64,000 nucleotides of DNA from Pseudothermotoga sp. (GTDB lineage: Bacteria > Thermotogota > Thermotogae > Thermotogales > DSM-5069), in assembly GCA_041640575.1 (NCBI GenBank), contig JBEPZZ010000004.1, forward strand, positions 5,392 to 69,391, given 5' to 3'. The first letter of the stretch is position 1; each line of letters opens with the position of its first letter. The notes under the pieces were generated by a model, which worked only from the letters and a program-made list of their open reading frames with translations, did no database searches and was not told the DNA's origin. The translations under genes and the position numbers were made by a program. Positions 60,844-64,000 of the stretch are shown one piece after another.

Positions 60844-61116
60844 TTATTCGAACATAACATTGGTTATTATCACAATATAACCGTTATGTTCTTCGAAATC
60901 GACCTTAACTTTTTGTGGATCAACTTTAAAAGTATCGCTCACCCAATCGACAATTCTTTGCCTGATCTTTTCAGAATTTTCTTCAAACTCACTCTTTGGT
61001 ATAACCTCAGTCACAGCAACTGGTCTACGGCGTTCCAAGATCGTCTCCAATCTTTTATAAGCCGTTTCTCTACTTTTCTCCCTCTTTTTTCTTTTGAACA
61101 ATCCAAAGAACCACAT
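60844..61116 (-). CDS. Probable divergent MinE-like protein
   Basis: 90 aa directly after minD; N-terminal amphipathic MWFFGLFKRK, then SRETAYKRLETIL resembling the MinE anti-MinCD helix. Confidence 0.55.
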   Translation of the reverse strand: MWFFGLFKRKKREKSRETAYKRLETILERRRPVAVTEVIPKSEFEENSEKIRQRIVDWVSDTFKVDPQKVKVDFEEHNGYIVIITNVMFE

Positions 61117-61122
61117 CGTCTC

Positions 61123-61938
61123 TCATCCCCTTTTCCTTCCGAAGAGGTTCTTGAAGAAGGATAAAAGACCCTTTCCAGACATCTGAGCTATATCTTCTTC
61201 CACAGGAATATCTTCTCCCTTTATCCTCTTTGCGATGTTTTCGAAAACCTTTGATATACCAAAGTCCCCATTTAAAACCACGGGAAGACCTTTGTTTGTT
61301 GCTATAATGACCTCTTCGGAATCCGGGACAACACCAATAATCTCAAGTGCAAGCGTAGATTGTACGTCGTCCTGTGTTAACATTTCGCCAGCTTTAACCA
61401 TTTTTATTTTGAATCGGTTCAAAATAACCTTCATTGATTTTTCAGTGAAACCAAAATTTTCCAGTAATCCCACCACTCTGTCGGCATCTGAAAGCGCTGG
61501 AAGTTCAGGTGTAGTTACAATCAAAGCTAACTCAGCTGGTGCTACCGCGTTTCTAAATCCTCTTTCTATACCTGCAGGAGAATCAATAATGATGTAATCG
61601 AAATTGGGATACAAAGCTTTCACAATTGCTTTCATATCCTCTGGGGAAACCATTTCCTTTGTTGCAACTTGAGATGCAGCAAGCAAATAGAGATTTCTGA
61701 GTTGTTTATGTCGAACCAATGCCTCGTGAGGATTTACCTTCCCATTAACAACATCAAGCAGAGTATAAACGACTCGATTCTCAAGACCAAGTACTACATC
61801 AAGATTTTTCAATCCGATGTCGGCATCGATAAGGCATACCTTTTCACCAAACTTAGCAAGCGTACAACCAAGGTTTGCTACTACTGTTGTTTTCCCCACA
61901 CCACCTTTCCCGGACGTTACAACAAAAACCCTTGCCAC
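61123..61938 (-). CDS. minD: Septum site-determining ATPase
   Basis: VTSGKGGVGKTT, DADIGLKNLD, IDSPAGIE, C-terminal amphipathic LLSFFKNLFG; GTG start 61938. Confidence 0.96.
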   Translation of the reverse strand: MARVFVVTSGKGGVGKTTVVANLGCTLAKFGEKVCLIDADIGLKNLDVVLGLENRVVYTLLDVVNGKVNPHEALVRHKQLRNLYLLAASQVATKEMVSPEDMKAIVKALYPNFDYIIIDSPAGIERGFRNAVAPAELALIVTTPELPALSDADRVVGLLENFGFTEKSMKVILNRFKIKMVKAGEMLTQDDVQSTLALEIIGVVPDSEEVIIATNKGLPVVLNGDFGISKVFENIAKRIKGEDIPVEEDIAQMSGKGLLSFFKNLFGRKRG

Positions 61939-61977
61939 ATTACCACCACCTTTGTTTCGGAAGATCCTTTTTGAATA

Positions 61978-62374
61978 AATTCTACCACACACATTATCGC
62001 TATTTTCACAGTTTACCACCACAAGATATTGTGGTGGTAAATAACTTCGTCAACATATTGATAAGGTGGTAGAAAACTTTCGAAGCGCTCATAAATAAAG
62101 CATTTTTGGTGGTAGAAATCTCTAAAGATACGATTTAGAAAGAATTTTCTTTGCTCAAATATATGTTAGACAAATTCAATAGATAGATGATTTTGCTCTA
62201 TTTAAGAGTCAAAGAAGTTTTCTACCACCAATTTTTGCTTTTCTGAAGCATGTTTTAGAAGTTATCTACCACTTATCTACCAGTTTTCTACCACCTTTTC
62301 TACCACCCCTTTTACAGTCGTTTCCTCACACTGCAAGCTAATTTTGAAATACTATACTTGAGTTTTCTACCACC
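61978..62374. other. Candidate chromosomal replication origin (oriC): Thermotoga-type DnaA-box cluster with AT-rich core
   Basis: Perfect TTTTCTACCACC at 62065(-), 62218, 62284, 62296 and 62363; variants at 61978, 62108(-), 62262 and 62273; AT-rich stretch 62120-62215; similar to the T. maritima DnaA box AAACCTACCACC. Confidence 0.72.
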
Positions 62375-62438
62375 CTATATATTTTCAACTACTAAGTAAA
62401 AGATTGGAGTAAAATATCATTTAGTAGAAAGGGGGATT

Positions 62439-63194
62439 ATGATGAGAAAACTTTTCTTATTTGTCATTCTAACAGCTGTTCCTATGATCCTCAGTGCTAC
62501 AAATTCTGTTGAATTGGAAAACATGTTAGTTCACTACCGCTCCTTAAGACTTGAAGAAGAAATGCTTCAACTCATAGATGTTCTTGAAGATGTTCTTGAA
62601 AAAACACCTCAAGATGGCTACATTTTGGCTATGTTGTGTGAAGCGTTAACAGAATATGAGATATGGGCAAAAATACCAGAAAGTGAGAAAGTAAAGTTTT
62701 ACGAAAAAGCTGTGGTAACTGGGAAGAAAGCAGCCGAAATGTTACCAAGTAGCTCTTACGCCAACTTTGTTGCAGGAGCTGCAATAGGAAGGTTAGCACA
62801 ATTTAAAGGAATAATTCAAAGTCTTTTTATGCTTGGTGACTTTGACAAGTACATTCAAAAAGCAATAGAACTTGATCCGAAGAATTACAGGGCTTTAATC
62901 GCAATGGGAATGAGATACAGAGATACGCCTTGGCCTTTTAGGGATTTAAAGAAATCAGAAGAATATTTTTTGAAAGCAATAGAAGCTGAACCTGGTTACA
63001 TAAACAGTTACTATGAATTAGCACTATTGTATGAGGAAATGGCAAAAGCATCAAGAAGCAAAGAAGAAAAGGATAACTACCTTACAAAAGCAAAGGAGCT
63101 GTACGAGAGAATACTTGAAATGGAACCTCATCCACAATGGATAAAGCAAGGACTTGAAACGAAGGAGATAGTTGCCAAAAAAATAGGGAAATGA
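62439..63194 (+). CDS. Secreted TPR-repeat protein
   Basis: Signal peptide; TPR-like KAIELDPKNYRA, KAIEAEPGYINSYYELA. Confidence 0.78.
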   Translation: MMRKLFLFVILTAVPMILSATNSVELENMLVHYRSLRLEEEMLQLIDVLEDVLEKTPQDGYILAMLCEALTEYEIWAKIPESEKVKFYEKAVVTGKKAAEMLPSSSYANFVAGAAIGRLAQFKGIIQSLFMLGDFDKYIQKAIELDPKNYRALIAMGMRYRDTPWPFRDLKKSEEYFLKAIEAEPGYINSYYELALLYEEMAKASRSKEEKDNYLTKAKELYERILEMEPHPQWIKQGLETKEIVAKKIGK

Positions 63195-63216
63195 TCCAAA
63201 TAGAGGAGGCGATTAA

Positions 63217-63819
63217 ATGCTAGCGAAGTACTGGATGAATCCGGATTTTCCATACGTGAAACTGGGAACAACGGTTCAGGAAGCTCTTTCAGTTATGAGA
63301 AAAAGTAGAACACCCTATTGTGTACTTGTAGACGAGAGCATGGTCTTCCAAGGTTTTATTTACCGAAATAACCTGGCGGAGGTTCAAATGGAAGCCTCTG
63401 TTGATGATTATGTCACTTTTCCCGATTACTACGTCTATGAAGACAGTTATATTGAAGAAGTAGCTTTGACATTTCGCGAGTCACAGGAAACTTGTTTAGC
63501 TGTTGTAGATAAGAATCTTGTTATGAAAGGTGTGTTAACTCTGGCAGAGATTCTTGATGCATTTGTTGCAATGACTGCTATGGATGAACCTGGCACACGA
63601 ATCCTTCTCAAATTAGAAGATAAACCTGGCGAACTAAAAAAGGTTTTCGATGTTTTGGCACTCAACAAGATGAACGTTTTAGCTGTTAATACTGTAAGGG
63701 GAAATGGATATAGAAAAGTGTCGATAAAAGTTGATACTCCAAACCCAAAGGATGTCGAGAAAGTACTACAAACCTTTGGAGTTAATTTTGACTTGCTGGC
63801 AAAGGAGGAGGGATTCTGA
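63217..63819 (+). CDS. CBS-pair + ACT domain protein (AcuB-like)
   Basis: Two CBS-like repeats; ACT motif LEDKPGELKKV. Confidence 0.82.
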   Translation: MLAKYWMNPDFPYVKLGTTVQEALSVMRKSRTPYCVLVDESMVFQGFIYRNNLAEVQMEASVDDYVTFPDYYVYEDSYIEEVALTFRESQETCLAVVDKNLVMKGVLTLAEILDAFVAMTAMDEPGTRILLKLEDKPGELKKVFDVLALNKMNVLAVNTVRGNGYRKVSIKVDTPNPKDVEKVLQTFGVNFDLLAKEEGF

Positions 63820-64000
63820 GTAAATTTTTATTAGCAGCTGTACAAGGTGCAACTGAGTTCTTGCCAGTCTCTAGCTCAGGGCATATTGCTTTGCTTGGAC
63901 ACTTAATAAATATCGAAACAAATCTTTCCCTGGTAGCTTTGCTTCATTTCGGAACGTTGTTTTCTGTTCTAATTTTCACTTTAAAGGCAGTTTTGAGAAT
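63816..64000 (+). CDS. uppP: Undecaprenyl-diphosphate phosphatase (5' part; truncated by window edge)
   Basis: Manual translation: LLAAVQGATEFLPVSSSGH...LHFGTLFSVL; the apparent start codon is CTG. Confidence 0.9.
   Translation, partial: MSKFLLAAVQGATEFLPVSSSGHIALLGHLINIETNLSLVALLHFGTLFSVLIFTLKAVLR

Noticed and set aside
62218-62374. Possible CRISPR array or iteron plasmid origin
   Set aside because: The units are 12 bp with irregular or no spacers, there are no cas or rep genes, and the flanks are core chromosomal genes; the DnaA-box interpretation fits better
62375-62400. Possible DnaA-trio tract (CAACTACTAAG) next to the last box
   Set aside because: Only two or three trinucleotides, not directly adjoining the box in register; too weak to call by eye

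Overview
Gene-dense chromosomal window of a Thermotogota bacterium, most likely Pseudothermotoga-like. This assignment is inferred from gene content: a ThkA/TrrA-like pair followed by ileS-pilT-prfA, recJ-yqgF-mreB-flg, an Omp-alpha-like toga protein, and Thermotoga-type DnaA-box-like 12-mers. Most genes are housekeeping: obgE, nadD, dus, htrA, ileS, prfA, serS, proS, ftsY, guaA, rsmG/rsmI/rsmE, minD, and flagellar rod/ring genes. There is one tRNA-Arg(CCG), a LacI-linked uncharacterised sugar catabolic/ABC cluster, pckA, lysine-fermentation genes kal-kce, and several envelope proteins. The most striking non-coding feature is a ~500-bp region upstream of minD with at least nine CTACCA-core 12-mers flanking an AT-rich stretch, a strong candidate for the chromosomal origin oriC. 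Other points of interest are a RecJ fused to a degenerate SF2 helicase-like module, an apparent nonsense codon in a Mut7-C gene, an apparent CTG start for uppP, and a CDS whose stop codon lies inside a tRNA. I saw no CRISPR array, transposase, integrase or prophage. All product calls come from motif recognition by eye; no database searches were run.
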